The translations under genes were made by a program, and so were the position numbers. This document shows, piece by piece, positions 8,387 to 21,693 of a stretch of 64,000 bases of DNA. Position 1 is the first letter of the stretch; every line of letters begins with the position of its first letter. A model generated the notes under the pieces. It was not told the DNA's origin. It searched no databases and saw only the letters and a list, made by a program, of their open reading frames with translations. Source of the DNA: a plasmid; the sequence record OW967251.1. One strand, 5' to 3'.

Positions 8387-10120
8387 TCAGCATGCGACGA
8401 GGTGCCCGTCGCCAAAATCGGTAAAGCGCTGCGGTACTCTCTGATAGCCGATGGGTTTGATCGGTTCTGGTCTTATCGGCATTGCGCTGGTGGCTCGGGG
8501 TTGCCGTCTTTGCTGAACGTCAGGTATAGGAACGGCGCTGAGCAAGTGCTGAGTATAAGGATGCTGCGGATGGTGCAACACTCGATCTCGTGGGCCGATC
8601 TCCACGAGCTGGCCGCCAAACATCACCGCTACCCGGTGGCAGATGCGCTCCACCACCGCCATATCATGGGAAATAAACAGATAGCTGAGCCGATAGCGCT
8701 GACGCAAATCTTCCAGCAGCGTCAGCACCTGCGCCTGTACTGAAACATCCAGCGCGGAAACCGATTCATCGGCGATGATCACTTTCGGGTTCAGCGCCAG
8801 CGCGCGGGCAATGCAAATGCGCTGGCGCTGGCCGCCGGAAAACTGGTGCGGATAACGCCGCATCGCTTCCGCTGGCAGGCCGACCTGCTGCAATAGCTGC
8901 GCCACCCGCTCCGTGCGCTGTACTGCGGGCATCTGCTCATGAATCAGCAGCGGCTCCCCAACCAGGTCGAAAATAGTTTTGCGCGGATTGAGCGCCGCCC
9001 AGGGATCCTGAAACACCATCTGCAAATCGCGGCGTACCGCTCTTAACGCCTCGTCCTTCAGGCCGTGCAGCTCCTGTCCGTTAAGCTGCGCGCTGCCGCT
9101 AAATGGCACCATATTCATCAGCGCTTTTGCCGTCGTCGATTTACCGCAGCCGCTTTCACCGACGATGCCCAACGTCTCGCCGGGGAAAAGATCGAAGCTG
9201 ACGCCATCGACGGCATGGACTTCGCGACGCACGCGCAGGCCGTCGCCGCGCACCGGAAAGCGCACGCTGAGGTCGCGGACGCTGAGCAACGGTCGCGTCG
9301 CCTCGACCGGCGCCAGCGCGGGCGCCTGGCCCAGCACCGGTACCGCCTGCAACAGCTGGCGGGTATAAGCCGCCTGCGGCGAGGTAAACAGCGTTTTTGC
9401 CGGAGCCTGCTCCATGATTTTGCCGTGACTCATGACCAGCACATCATCGGCCATTTCTGCCACCACTCCCATATCGTGGGTGATCAACAGCAGGCTGGTG
9501 GAAAACGCCTGCTGCAGTTCGCGCATCAACTCGAGGATCTGCGCCTGAATAGTGACGTCGAGGGCCGTGGTCGGCTCATCGGCAATCAGCACCTGTGGCT
9601 GGCACAGCATTGCCATGGCGATCATCACCCGCTGGCGCATACCGCCGGAAAGCTCGTGCGGATACTGTTGCAGGCGCTTCTCCACATGACTGATTTTGAC
9701 CGCGTCCAGCATCGTGCTGACCCGGCTGCGCCGTTCACGGCGGCCCAGCACTTCGTGGCGTTGCAGCGTCTCTTCCAGCTGCTGGCCCACCGTCATCAGC
9801 GGATTGAGCGAGGTCATCGGTTCCTGAAAAATCATGGCAACCGACTTGCCGCGCAGCAACTGCATTTGCCGCTCCGGCAGGCTGAGCAAATCCTGGTTAT
9901 CAAAAATAATCGCGCCGCCTGGAATCTGTGCCTCCTCCGGAAGCAAACCCATGATCGCCAGCGAAGTCAGCGATTTACCGCTGCCCGACTCGCCGGCAAT
10001 GCACAGAGTTTTTCCCGGCCAGAGCGCAAAGCTGACGTCATCCACCACCCGCTGTGTACCAAACTGGATCGACAGGCGCTCGACCGAGAGCAGCGGCGCC
10101 GGAAATAGGACTGCTGACAT
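8387..10120 (-). CDS. ABC transporter ATP-binding protein, fused double-ATPase (DppD/DppF- or GsiA-like)
   Basis: Two Walker A motifs ([16 protein letters not shown]), two [13 protein letters not shown] signatures and two Walker B motifs. The start MSAVLF has the RBS taggagcg. Confidence 0.85.
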   Translation of the reverse strand: MSAVLFPAPLLSVERLSIQFGTQRVVDDVSFALWPGKTLCIAGESGSGKSLTSLAIMGLLPEEAQIPGGAIIFDNQDLLSLPERQMQLLRGKSVAMIFQEPMTSLNPLMTVGQQLEETLQRHEVLGRRERRSRVSTMLDAVKISHVEKRLQQYPHELSGGMRQRVMIAMAMLCQPQVLIADEPTTALDVTIQAQILELMRELQQAFSTSLLLITHDMGVVAEMADDVLVMSHGKIMEQAPAKTLFTSPQAAYTRQLLQAVPVLGQAPALAPVEATRPLLSVRDLSVRFPVRGDGLRVRREVHAVDGVSFDLFPGETLGIVGESGCGKSTTAKALMNMVPFSGSAQLNGQELHGLKDEALRAVRRDLQMVFQDPWAALNPRKTIFDLVGEPLLIHEQMPAVQRTERVAQLLQQVGLPAEAMRRYPHQFSGGQRQRICIARALALNPKVIIADESVSALDVSVQAQVLTLLEDLRQRYRLSYLFISHDMAVVERICHRVAVMFGGQLVEIGPRDRVLHHPQHPYTQHLLSAVPIPDVQQRRQPRATSAMPIRPEPIKPIGYQRVPQRFTDFGDGHLVAC

Positions 10121-10127
10121 AACGCTC

Positions 10128-11075
10128 CTAATTAAACACGCTGTTGGGAAAATAGAACGACACCACCCAGTTAGGCCGATCGACGATTTCGCTGATGCGC
10201 AGATCGCCGCACACGGAGCAGAGCATATAGGCCTCTTCCGCCGACATCCCTTGTTCGCGGCACAGCGCATCGATGGTATAGCTTACCGCGTCGCGGGCGG
10301 CGGTCATCAGGTCAGGGCCAATGCCGGTGAAGGCGCTGTAGCCGTGCCGATCCAGATGTTGGGTCACTGGGCCAGGGGTGGCGAAACGCGGCGTTTTCAG
10401 CGGCATATCTTTAACCACTTCCAGCTTCACCACCACGTCCATCGCGCTTTCAATCGCCGTGCCGCAGACTTCACCATCGCCCTGCGCGGCGTGGGTGTCA
10501 CCAATAGAAAACAACGCGCCTTCTACTTCCACCGGTAGCCATAATGTGCAGCCAGCGGCCAGATCGCGAATATCCAGATTGCCGCCCACGCGGCGCGGCG
10601 GCACCACCGAATGATGGCCCGCGGCGGCGGGAGCGACGCCGAGGGTACCGGCGAAGGGTTTCAGCGGTACGCGGCCATATCGGCCAAAGGCGCAGGGGGT
10701 TAAGCCCTGGCGGTCATATTGCCACAGCGTCAGCGCCGGATCAGAAAACTGATCGGCCAGCAGGCCGAAGCCCGGGATATTCGCAGTCCAGCCAAAGCCG
10801 CTGGGACGAAAGGATTCCAGCGTCACCTTTAGCGCATCGCCCGGCTGAGCGCCTTCCACATAGACCGGGCCACTGACCGGGTTGAGCTTATCAAACGGCA
10901 GCGTTGGGATATCCGCTGCGGTAGAACCGGCGTTGAACCAGCCGTTAGCCGCATCCAGGCAGTGAAACTCCAGTTGGCTGCCGGAAGCTACGTGCAGGAC
11001 CGGGCTCAGGCTGTTATCCCAGCCGAAATGATGTTGAGCATGATGAATGGTCTTCACCAGACAATTTTGGCACAT
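10128..11075 (-). CDS. Acetamidase/formamidase (FmdA_AmdA) family hydrolase
   Basis: 315 aa. Its overall similarity to FmdA/AmdA-family enzymes is recognisable. The stop overlaps the RBS of the downstream ATPase gene. Confidence 0.7.
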   Translation of the reverse strand: MCQNCLVKTIHHAQHHFGWDNSLSPVLHVASGSQLEFHCLDAANGWFNAGSTAADIPTLPFDKLNPVSGPVYVEGAQPGDALKVTLESFRPSGFGWTANIPGFGLLADQFSDPALTLWQYDRQGLTPCAFGRYGRVPLKPFAGTLGVAPAAAGHHSVVPPRRVGGNLDIRDLAAGCTLWLPVEVEGALFSIGDTHAAQGDGEVCGTAIESAMDVVVKLEVVKDMPLKTPRFATPGPVTQHLDRHGYSAFTGIGPDLMTAARDAVSYTIDALCREQGMSAEEAYMLCSVCGDLRISEIVDRPNWVVSFYFPNSVFN

Positions 11076-11119
11076 CCTGACTCTCCTTTAAGCAGCGGCG
11101 CCGTCCCGGCGCCATCAAA

Positions 11120-12727
11120 TTATTTCAGTCCGATATAGTCGTAGTTGACTGGTACATGCACTGGATCGACATACAGCGCGTCCTCGCCCCCCATGCGTGC
11201 GGAATGTACGGTGTAGCGCTTCTCGTTGAATACCGGCACCCAGGGCGCGTCATCCATTGCAGTGATGAAGATTTTGCGCCAGGCTTCAATGCGCGCGTCC
11301 TGCTGGTCGGGTTTCACCATGCTGTCCGCCGCGGCCGCCTGCGCGTCCAGCGCTTTGTTGCAGTAGCGCGCCCAGTTCCAGCCGCCCTCTACCGCCCCGG
11401 CGCAGCCGAGGATCGGGCCATAGAAGTTGGAGGGATCCGGGAAATCGGCGATCCACGCCATGCCGCCGGACCAGACCATCGGCGCTTGGCTGGCGGAGCC
11501 GCCCGCCGCAATCACATTCGCCTGCGCCAGGGATTTGATGCTGGCGTGGATGCCCACTTTGGCCAGATCCTGCTGGATAGACTGAGCGATACGCGGCTGC
11601 GGATCGGTATTCATCACGTACAGTTCGGTAGCAAAACCGTTGGGGAAACCCGCTTCGCTGAGCAGTTGCTTCGCTTTTGCCGGGTCGTAGCTGAAACCCT
11701 GATATGCCTTGTCATAACCGGGCATGGCGGGTGGCAGTGGCTGGTTGGCCGGCGCCGCGCGTCCATTAATGATGCGCACGATGCGATCTTTGTTGACCGC
11801 CATGTTCACCGCCTGGCGGACTTTGAGATTATCGAAAGGCGGCAGCGTGGTTTTCATCGTCACGTAGCCGGTCTGCAACTGGTCGCCGGTGACCATCAGG
11901 CCCTTATAGGCCGGGTTGTTTTTAAACGACAGAAACTGTGCGGGCGGTACGCCGTCGCCGGCAATATCCACTTCGCCTTTTTCCAGCCGCAGCAGAGCGA
12001 CCGAGGGATCCTGTCCCATTTCGAACTTTATGTGATCCAGCCGCGGCACGCCGGCTTTAAAGTAGTTCGGGTTTTTGCGGAAGATCAGCTCCTGGCCCAG
12101 CTTCCACTCCTGGAGCTCAAACGCGCCGCTGCCGACCGGATGCTTGCCGAAGTCGGCACCCCATTTCTCCACCTCCTCACGGGGAACCACCGAGGCAAAG
12201 TTCAGCGCCAGCACATGCAGGAAGGTGGCGTTGGGCTCTTTCAGAGTGATTTTTACCGTATGATCGTCGACGACCTCGATACCGCTCAGGGTCGTGCTTT
12301 TACCGCTGGCCTCCTCGTCATAGCCCGCGATGGGACTGAAGAACCCGGCGCCCGGACTTTGGGTTTTCGGGTTGACTGTGCGTTCCAGAGAATATTTCAC
12401 GTCCGCCGCCGTGACCTCGCGGCCGTTGTGGAATTTCACCCCTTTGCGTAGCACAAAGGTGTAGACCTTGCCGTCCTCGGAAATGGCGTAGCTCTCCGCC
12501 AGGTCGTTCACCAACTCGGTGGTGCCGGGACGATAGTCCATCAGGCCGTCGAACAGGCTTTTGATCATCGACCAGTTTTGCCAGTCATAGCCAATGGCCG
12601 GATCGAGGGTCGCCACGTCGTTCTGGTAGGTCACCACGATATCGCCGCCAGTCTTCTCGTCAGCCTGCGCGCCATAAGAGAAACAGGCCGCGGCCACCGC
12701 CATTGTCAATAACGCATTTTTCATCAT
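11120..12727 (-). CDS. ABC transporter periplasmic substrate-binding protein, family 5 (DppA/OppA-like)
   Basis: 535 aa with a signal peptide (MMKNALLTMAVAAACFSYGAQA). Cluster-5 solute-binding protein features are present. Confidence 0.8.
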   Translation of the reverse strand: MMKNALLTMAVAAACFSYGAQADEKTGGDIVVTYQNDVATLDPAIGYDWQNWSMIKSLFDGLMDYRPGTTELVNDLAESYAISEDGKVYTFVLRKGVKFHNGREVTAADVKYSLERTVNPKTQSPGAGFFSPIAGYDEEASGKSTTLSGIEVVDDHTVKITLKEPNATFLHVLALNFASVVPREEVEKWGADFGKHPVGSGAFELQEWKLGQELIFRKNPNYFKAGVPRLDHIKFEMGQDPSVALLRLEKGEVDIAGDGVPPAQFLSFKNNPAYKGLMVTGDQLQTGYVTMKTTLPPFDNLKVRQAVNMAVNKDRIVRIINGRAAPANQPLPPAMPGYDKAYQGFSYDPAKAKQLLSEAGFPNGFATELYVMNTDPQPRIAQSIQQDLAKVGIHASIKSLAQANVIAAGGSASQAPMVWSGGMAWIADFPDPSNFYGPILGCAGAVEGGWNWARYCNKALDAQAAAADSMVKPDQQDARIEAWRKIFITAMDDAPWVPVFNEKRYTVHSARMGGEDALYVDPVHVPVNYDYIGLK

Positions 12728-12736
12728 CTTCCCCTG

Positions 12737-13657
12737 CTACTTTTTGACATCAATGCGCGGATCGACCCACGGCAGCACCAGATCCGCAATAAGGTTGCCG
12801 CCAACAATGGCAACCGCTGACACGGTGGTTACCCCGACAATCACCGGGATATCCACCTGTTGAATCGCCTGCCAGGCCAGCTGACCGATACCCGGCCAGC
12901 CAAAGACCGATTCGACTACCACCAGTCCGCCCATAAAAATGCCGATATCAATGCCTATCATCGGAATTAGCGGCAGCACGGCATTCGGCAGCACGTGACG
13001 CAGCAGTACGCGGGTTCGGCCCAGCCCTTTGGCCCGCGCGGTACGGATAAAATCCTGATGCAGCACCTCAATCATCGACGAGCGCAACATGCGTGAATAC
13101 CAGCCGCTGCCGAGCAGGCCGAGGGTTAGCGCCGGTAGCGCCAGATGGCTGAAGCCGCCATAGCCTCCCATCGGGAACCAGTTGAGTACCACGGCGAAAA
13201 GATAGAGAAAAAGCATCGCGGCGATGAACTGCGGCGCCGAAACACCGATAAAGGAGAGCGCCATCAGAAGCCGGTCCGCCAGCCCGCCGCGTTTTAACGC
13301 CGCCAGGGTGCCGAGTGCGATCCCCAGTACCAACTCGCAGAGAATACCCGCCGCCATCAGCTGCAGTGACGGCCCAATACGGGCGGAAACCAGTTCACTC
13401 ACTTCGCTGCGCTGAATAAACGAGCGTCCCAGATCGCCGTGCAGCAGCCCCTGCAGATAACGCCAATATTGCTGATAAAACGGCAGATCCAACCCCAACT
13501 GATGGCGGATGTTTTCGACTACTTCCGGCGTGGCACTGCGCCCGGCGATTTGGCGCGCTGGATCGGCGGGCAACATAAACAGCAGCAAATAGCAGATCAA
13601 CGTAACGCCAAGCAGGATCAGCCCGGCATGCAACAGACGTTTTCCCAGAAATAGCAT
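12737..13657 (-). CDS. ABC transporter permease (DppB-like)
   Basis: 306 aa polytopic membrane protein. It carries the BPD-transporter EAA-like motif region. Confidence 0.8.
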   Translation of the reverse strand: MLFLGKRLLHAGLILLGVTLICYLLLFMLPADPARQIAGRSATPEVVENIRHQLGLDLPFYQQYWRYLQGLLHGDLGRSFIQRSEVSELVSARIGPSLQLMAAGILCELVLGIALGTLAALKRGGLADRLLMALSFIGVSAPQFIAAMLFLYLFAVVLNWFPMGGYGGFSHLALPALTLGLLGSGWYSRMLRSSMIEVLHQDFIRTARAKGLGRTRVLLRHVLPNAVLPLIPMIGIDIGIFMGGLVVVESVFGWPGIGQLAWQAIQQVDIPVIVGVTTVSAVAIVGGNLIADLVLPWVDPRIDVKK

Positions 13658-14505
13658 TAGTTTCGTCCTTTTAAGCCGGGATCGAGGGCGTCGCGCAGGG
13701 CGTCACCAGCGATATTGAAAGAGAGCGACAGCAGCACAATCGCCGCGCCGGGAAAGAACACCAGCCAGGGAGCCGAAGTAAAATAGCTCTGGCTTTCAAA
13801 GATGATGTTGCCCCAACTCGGCGTTGGCGGCTGTACCCCCACCCCGAGGAACGATAGAGTAGCTTCCAGCAGGACTGTGGTGGAGATGCCTAGTGTGGCC
13901 CAGACCAGCACCGTTGGCGCCAGATGTGGAATTAAATGCACGCCGAGAATACGCAACGTTCCGGCCCCCAGGGTGCGTTCCACGGCGATAAAGTCGCGGG
14001 CGCTAAGCGCGCTAGTTTCGGCGTAGGTAACCCTGGCGATCTGCACCCAGTTCACCATGGCGATCACCAGGGACACGATCCAGACACTTGGCTGGAAAAT
14101 CGCCGCCAGGGCAATCGCCAGCAGCAGTGCGGGAAACGCCATCATCAGATCGGTAAAGCGCATCAGCAGCCCTCCGATACGCCCCTGCAGATAACCTGCG
14201 CTAAGCCCTACCAGGACGCCGATCAGTACTGCAGTGCCGTTGGCGACAACACCGATGAGTAACGAAGTACGAGCTCCGTAAATTAAACGCGAGAAGAGAT
14301 CGCGTCCCAGCAGATCGGTTCCCAGCCAGTAAGTGCTGTTGGGAGAAAGCGGTGCGCCTTCCAGGCTCAGTCCCTCGACAAACTGTTCATCGGGATCGAA
14401 GGGGGTGAGCCAGGGGGCAAACAGCGCGCTCATCACCACCAGGAGAATAAACAGCAGCGAGAGCAGCAGGGCTGGCCGGCGCAGAAAATATCCGACTCTA
14501 TTCAT
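13657..14505 (-). CDS. ABC transporter permease (DppC-like)
   Basis: The likely start is the internal Met (MNRVGYFLRRPALLL) at 14505, which overlaps the amiR stop as ATGA. The protein has an N-terminal TM helix plus a permease core. Confidence 0.75.
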   Translation of the reverse strand: MNRVGYFLRRPALLLSLLFILLVVMSALFAPWLTPFDPDEQFVEGLSLEGAPLSPNSTYWLGTDLLGRDLFSRLIYGARTSLLIGVVANGTAVLIGVLVGLSAGYLQGRIGGLLMRFTDLMMAFPALLLAIALAAIFQPSVWIVSLVIAMVNWVQIARVTYAETSALSARDFIAVERTLGAGTLRILGVHLIPHLAPTVLVWATLGISTTVLLEATLSFLGVGVQPPTPSWGNIIFESQSYFTSAPWLVFFPGAAIVLLSLSFNIAGDALRDALDPGLKGRN

Positions 14506-15095
14506 TGTGCTCCCCGCTTGCCGGACGACATTCGTAGCAGCCACTTCTGCGCCACCTGTGCCACCGACTGGTTCGTACACATTGATTCCGAGCGCAGGCG
14601 AACCCATGCCTGTTGTTCATCAATACTTTCCGCTTGCATCTGGGCCGCCAGAGCTTGGGTAATCTGCGGCATTGCTGCCAGACGCTGGCGCAGTAGCATC
14701 TGTTGCTGTTGAATGTCATGCAACTGCTGACGCAGCCCCACTGCCATCATCAGGGTGGTATAGATGGCTCGCTGTGTAATAGGCTTGGTAAGGAGCGCTG
14801 TTGCCCCTAACTCCAGCGCGCGCTGTACCTGGTAAAGTCCCTCATGTGAGGTCAGCGCGATCACCGGTATTCCCGCCAGATTGATCTGGCTCAGGGTTAG
14901 CGGGCTGGCGAATGCCTCCAGTTCCACCAGTACTGCACAGGGGGTGAGAGGAGGTAAAGCCTCATCTCCGGTCAGGTGATGCCAGCGGATACCCATCCGC
15001 GTCAGGTTTTTTTCCAGCGCTTCGCGACTCCTTGCTTCACAGTCTACCAGCAGGAGCGGCTGAGCATCTAAATCCGGGGACAGCAGCGTTTTCAT
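14502..15095 (-). CDS. amiR: ANTAR-domain antiterminator response regulator (AmiR-like)
   Basis: 197 aa with an N-terminal receiver-like domain. The C-terminal ANTAR helix region (IEQAKGIL-like: ...SVAQVAQKWLLR...) is present, and the gene is immediately downstream of amiC. Confidence 0.7.
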   Translation of the reverse strand: MKTLLSPDLDAQPLLLVDCEARSREALEKNLTRMGIRWHHLTGDEALPPLTPCAVLVELEAFASPLTLSQINLAGIPVIALTSHEGLYQVQRALELGATALLTKPITQRAIYTTLMMAVGLRQQLHDIQQQQMLLRQRLAAMPQITQALAAQMQAESIDEQQAWVRLRSESMCTNQSVAQVAQKWLLRMSSGKRGAQ

Positions 15096-16219
15096 TTAAC
15101 AATCCTCAGAGCAGGTCTGGCTGCAACCGTTCGGCTTTCACGTAGCTCGGTCGCGGAGAGATAGGGATCGGGCATAACCGGCAGCGGTTCGCGATGCAGT
15201 ATCTGAAAGCAAGTTTGTTGCAACTCAGCGATGTAGCAGGGCAAACAGGCGTGGTTGTTTCGAGCCATTACTGAGCGAGCGCCCGGAGAATCAACGTCGT
15301 GCTGACGATGCAGTGCCGCCAGCACCGCACCCGGCTCGCTGTTTCCGGCCTCGCGCAGGCTATTGGCAAACAGCCTTACTGCCCGCCAGCCGCCGATGTA
15401 GTAGTGGGAGATGCGCTGTGCGCCATGTTGCAGGTGCTGCCGCGCGCAAAAATCGAGATCGACGCTCTCAAAAAACGGTCCGCAGGAAAGCAAACGTACC
15501 GCCCTTAGTGGCGCGACTTCGGCGACTTCGGCTTCGGTAAAATTACAGCTGAGCACCGCTAACGTCCGCCGATCGCGAAGACAGGCCTCGTCCAGTGCGC
15601 GCAGAAACGCATAAGAGGTTTCGCCTACCAGGTTATTGAGTACAAAATCTACCTCTGTGCTGAGAATCGCCTCAATCAACTCGGTCACGTTGCTGTTTCT
15701 CAGGTGCAGATATTTTTCGCCCACCACCGTACCGCCGGAACCTTCCACTACCTCACGGGCGATACGATTGCTTTCCCAGCCCCAGACGTAGTTAGAGCCG
15801 ATCAGCCAGGAGCGATTTCCGAACATATCCAGCGCCAGCCGCAGGAGTGGCAGCAGAGTCTGGTTCGGACAACCGCCCAGATATACGACCTGCTCGCAGC
15901 TCTCGAACCCCTCGTAAGGACAGCCATACCACAGCAGCAGGTTATGCTGCTCCAGGTCCGGGATAATCTCCTTCCGACTGGCAGAGGTAATGGTTCCGAA
16001 GATATGGCGGATGCCGTGAGCGATAAAGGTGCTCACCGCTTCACTGTAGGCTGCGAGTTCACCCGCAGGGTTGATATGTCGGGCCCGCAGCTGAAAAGGA
16101 TAAGCAGGATCGGCATTGATTTCCTCTAAGGCATGGCGCGCACCAAGCAGTGTGCTGTTCGCCAGGTGGCTGTAGGTACCTTCTGTGGAAAGCAAAATTC
16201 CAATATCAATAGTTTGCAC
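15092..16219 (-). CDS. amiC: AmiC-like amide-sensing periplasmic-binding-fold negative regulator
   Basis: 375 aa with a type I periplasmic binding protein fold and no signal peptide. It has a GTG start and is translationally coupled to amiR. Confidence 0.7.
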   Translation of the reverse strand: MQTIDIGILLSTEGTYSHLANSTLLGARHALEEINADPAYPFQLRARHINPAGELAAYSEAVSTFIAHGIRHIFGTITSASRKEIIPDLEQHNLLLWYGCPYEGFESCEQVVYLGGCPNQTLLPLLRLALDMFGNRSWLIGSNYVWGWESNRIAREVVEGSGGTVVGEKYLHLRNSNVTELIEAILSTEVDFVLNNLVGETSYAFLRALDEACLRDRRTLAVLSCNFTEAEVAEVAPLRAVRLLSCGPFFESVDLDFCARQHLQHGAQRISHYYIGGWRAVRLFANSLREAGNSEPGAVLAALHRQHDVDSPGARSVMARNNHACLPCYIAELQQTCFQILHREPLPVMPDPYLSATELRESRTVAARPALRIVK

Positions 16220-16238
16220 GTATGTTTGCTCTCTGCAT

Positions 16239-16283
16239 TAATAAAAAAGCCTGATTGTCCTTATTAGGACAATCAGGCTTCAT
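16239..16283 (-). terminator. Intrinsic terminator hairpin 20 nt upstream of the amiC start, on the minus strand; a candidate ANTAR-controlled leader terminator
   Basis: Read on the minus strand, the sequence is aagcctgattgtcc-taataa-ggacaatcaggctt followed by TTTTTTATT. Confidence 0.5.
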
Positions 16284-16551
16284 TACCTGTCGATATTTAA
16301 TGGATTCAAGGCTTAAGGGTTGCCCCTGCTTGCATATACCCGACATGAAAAATTCATGCCATTTTTAAAGCACAGTTAAATCAATGGATTATTTATTTTT
16401 GGAGACACTTTTGCACCAATGGGATGCGGCTTGCTCAGTTATGGTGCAATTTTCTGATGCAGTCTGGTCTCTTCAACATGAGGTGGAGTAATGCACACCT
16501 GTTTTAGTTCCACGCACTTTTTGAGAGTTCCGGTTTTTCAGCCATCAGCAG

Positions 16552-16812
16552 GTGATCCTCCGGCGTCAGGTTATTCAGGGATTCATGGGGACGCTCTGGA
16601 TGGAAGATCCTCGTGACGAAGCCGAATTTGCCCCCGGCCACGTGCTTTTTTTCGAGCGTAATGTTGTCCATGCATTACCAACCCTTCTTGAAGAACCCGT
16701 AATATTTCTGTCATTGGCCAGCCCTCGTCGTGATCCTGAAGATATTACCTTTGTTGACCCGAAAGATGGCACTGCCAGAACCTTTATGGCCAGAAATAAT
16801 GAGTCAGCATAA
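16552..16812 (+). CDS. Hypothetical small protein, possibly a cupin-like fragment
   Basis: 86 aa ORF with no recognisable motif. It lies in an IS-scarred region. Confidence 0.2.
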   Translation: MILRRQVIQGFMGTLWMEDPRDEAEFAPGHVLFFERNVVHALPTLLEEPVIFLSLASPRRDPEDITFVDPKDGTARTFMARNNESA

Positions 16813-16833
16813 AGGGCCAGAACCAAAGGTAAG

Positions 16834-17298
16834 GTGGAGCGGATGGTGAAATACCTCAAGGAGAACTTCTTCGTCCGGTACCGCCGGTTCGACAGCTTCG
16901 CCCAGGTTAATCAGCTACTGGAGCAGTGGATGGCTGACGTTGCCGACAGGCGGGAACTTCGCCAGTTCAGGCAGACACCGGAACAGCGCTTCACGCAGGA
17001 ACAGGAGCATCTGCAGCCGTTGCCGGATACGGACTTCGATACCAGCTACTTCGATATCCGTCATGTCTCCTGGGATGGCTATATCGAGGTTGGCGGAAAC
17101 CGTTACAGCGTGCCGGAAAGCCTGTGTGGCCAGCCGGTATCAATACGGATCTCGCTGGATGATGAACTGCGGATCTACAGTAATGAGCAGCAGATGGCAT
17201 CGCACCGTCTCTGTTCGGCTGCATCCGGCTGGCAGACCGTGCCGGAGCATCACGCCCCGCTCTGGCAGCAGGTCAGTCAGGTGGAACCCGAAATCTGA
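16834..17298 (+). pseudogene. IS21-family transposase IstA, C-terminal fragment
   Basis: The 154 aa fragment lacks the N-terminal HTH and DDE core. It terminates inside an IS903-type inverted repeat. Confidence 0.6.
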
Positions 17299-17314
17299 TT
17301 TATTCAACAAAGCC
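17286..17314. mobile_element. Solo IS903-type terminal inverted repeat (IRR)
   Basis: cccgaaatctgatttattcaacaaagccg is identical to the right end of the IS903-like element at 34800-34827. Confidence 0.75.
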
Positions 17315-17707
17315 GCACCAAATCATCACTCGAAGATATTCAGGCATGGTACATCCGCGGCAAGCCCCTAATTTGTACTGAGGGGCAAAGTGAAAAAAGT
17401 TACTTTTTGTTGAAACGACAGTTAGCAATATCCCCCGCTTGCGGGGGCCATACCCACCAGGAGCAAACGCAGAAAGCCCGAGATACTTCTGCTGTACCGG
17501 GGGCTGGCGACATTTCAGGCAACACTCATAGTTGACATCCTCCCCGCCCTAAAGGGCGGGGAGGATGTCAATAATAGCAGACCACATCATGATGTCATTC
17601 TGACCGACAGATGCCAGAAGCAGAGGATCCATCCCATTTTATACCTACCTTATAACACTTAGAAAAACAACATGTTAAAAATGTTTATTGGAAACAATTT
17701 TATTTAC

Positions 17708-17742
17708 AATTGTAATGATAACCATTCTCATATTAATATGGC
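17708..17742 (+). promoter_or_regulatory. Fur box / fecI promoter region
   Basis: ttgtaatgataaccattctcatattaatatg matches the E. coli fecI Fur-binding region. Confidence 0.7.
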
Positions 17743-17773
17743 TACGTGATAATTAACTTTTGATGCACTCCGC

Positions 17774-18291
17774 ATGTCTGACCGTGCCACTACCACAGCT
17801 TCCTTAACGTTCGAGTCGCTTTATGGCACCCATCACGGCTGGTTGAAAAGTTGGCTGACGCGCAAACTCCAGTCTGCCTTTGATGCAGATGACATTGCCC
17901 AGGACACTTTTTTGCGGGTAATGAGCAGCGAAACGCTCTCGACGATCCGCGATCCTCGCTCTTTCCTGTGCACTATCGCCAAACGCGTGATGGTGGACCT
18001 GTTTCGCCGAAACGCGCTGGAAAAAGCGTATCTGGAGATGCTGGCGCTTATGCCGGAGGGGGTAGCGCCTTCACCTGAGGAACGCGAAAGCCAGCTCGAG
18101 ACCCTACAACTCGTCGACAGCATGCTGGACGGGCTAAACGGAAAAACACGTGAAGCGTTTCTGCTTTCGCAACTGGATGGCCTGACATACAGCGAGATTG
18201 CGCACAAACTCGGTGTTTCCGTCAGCTCCGTGAAAAAATACGTGGCGAAAGCCGTCGAGCACTGCCTGCTGTTTCGTCTGGAGCATGGGTT

Positions 18292-18295
<4 letters not shown>
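17774..18295 (+). CDS. fecI: ECF sigma factor FecI
   Basis: 173 aa, near-identical to E. coli FecI. Confidence 0.95.
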
Positions 18296-21655
<3,360 letters not shown>

Positions 21656-21693
21656 TGTGTTAACGCCCGGCTTGCCGGGCTTTTAGCTGGAAT

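Noticed and set aside
9065-10108. 347-aa plus-strand ORF, with several others at 9165-10614
   Set aside because: It is antisense to the ABC ATPase gene. Its Arg/Ala/Gln-rich composition is typical of reverse-strand reading of high-GC coding DNA.
11156-12451. 431-aa plus-strand ORF
   Set aside because: It is fully antisense to the substrate-binding protein gene and has no independent support.
17533-17570. Perfect 16-bp inverted repeat gacatcctccccgccc-taaa-gggcggggaggatgtc
   Set aside because: No T-tract follows on either strand, so it is not a convincing intrinsic terminator. It is probably a REP-like or other structural palindrome in the intergenic region upstream of fecI. It is noted but not annotated as a feature.
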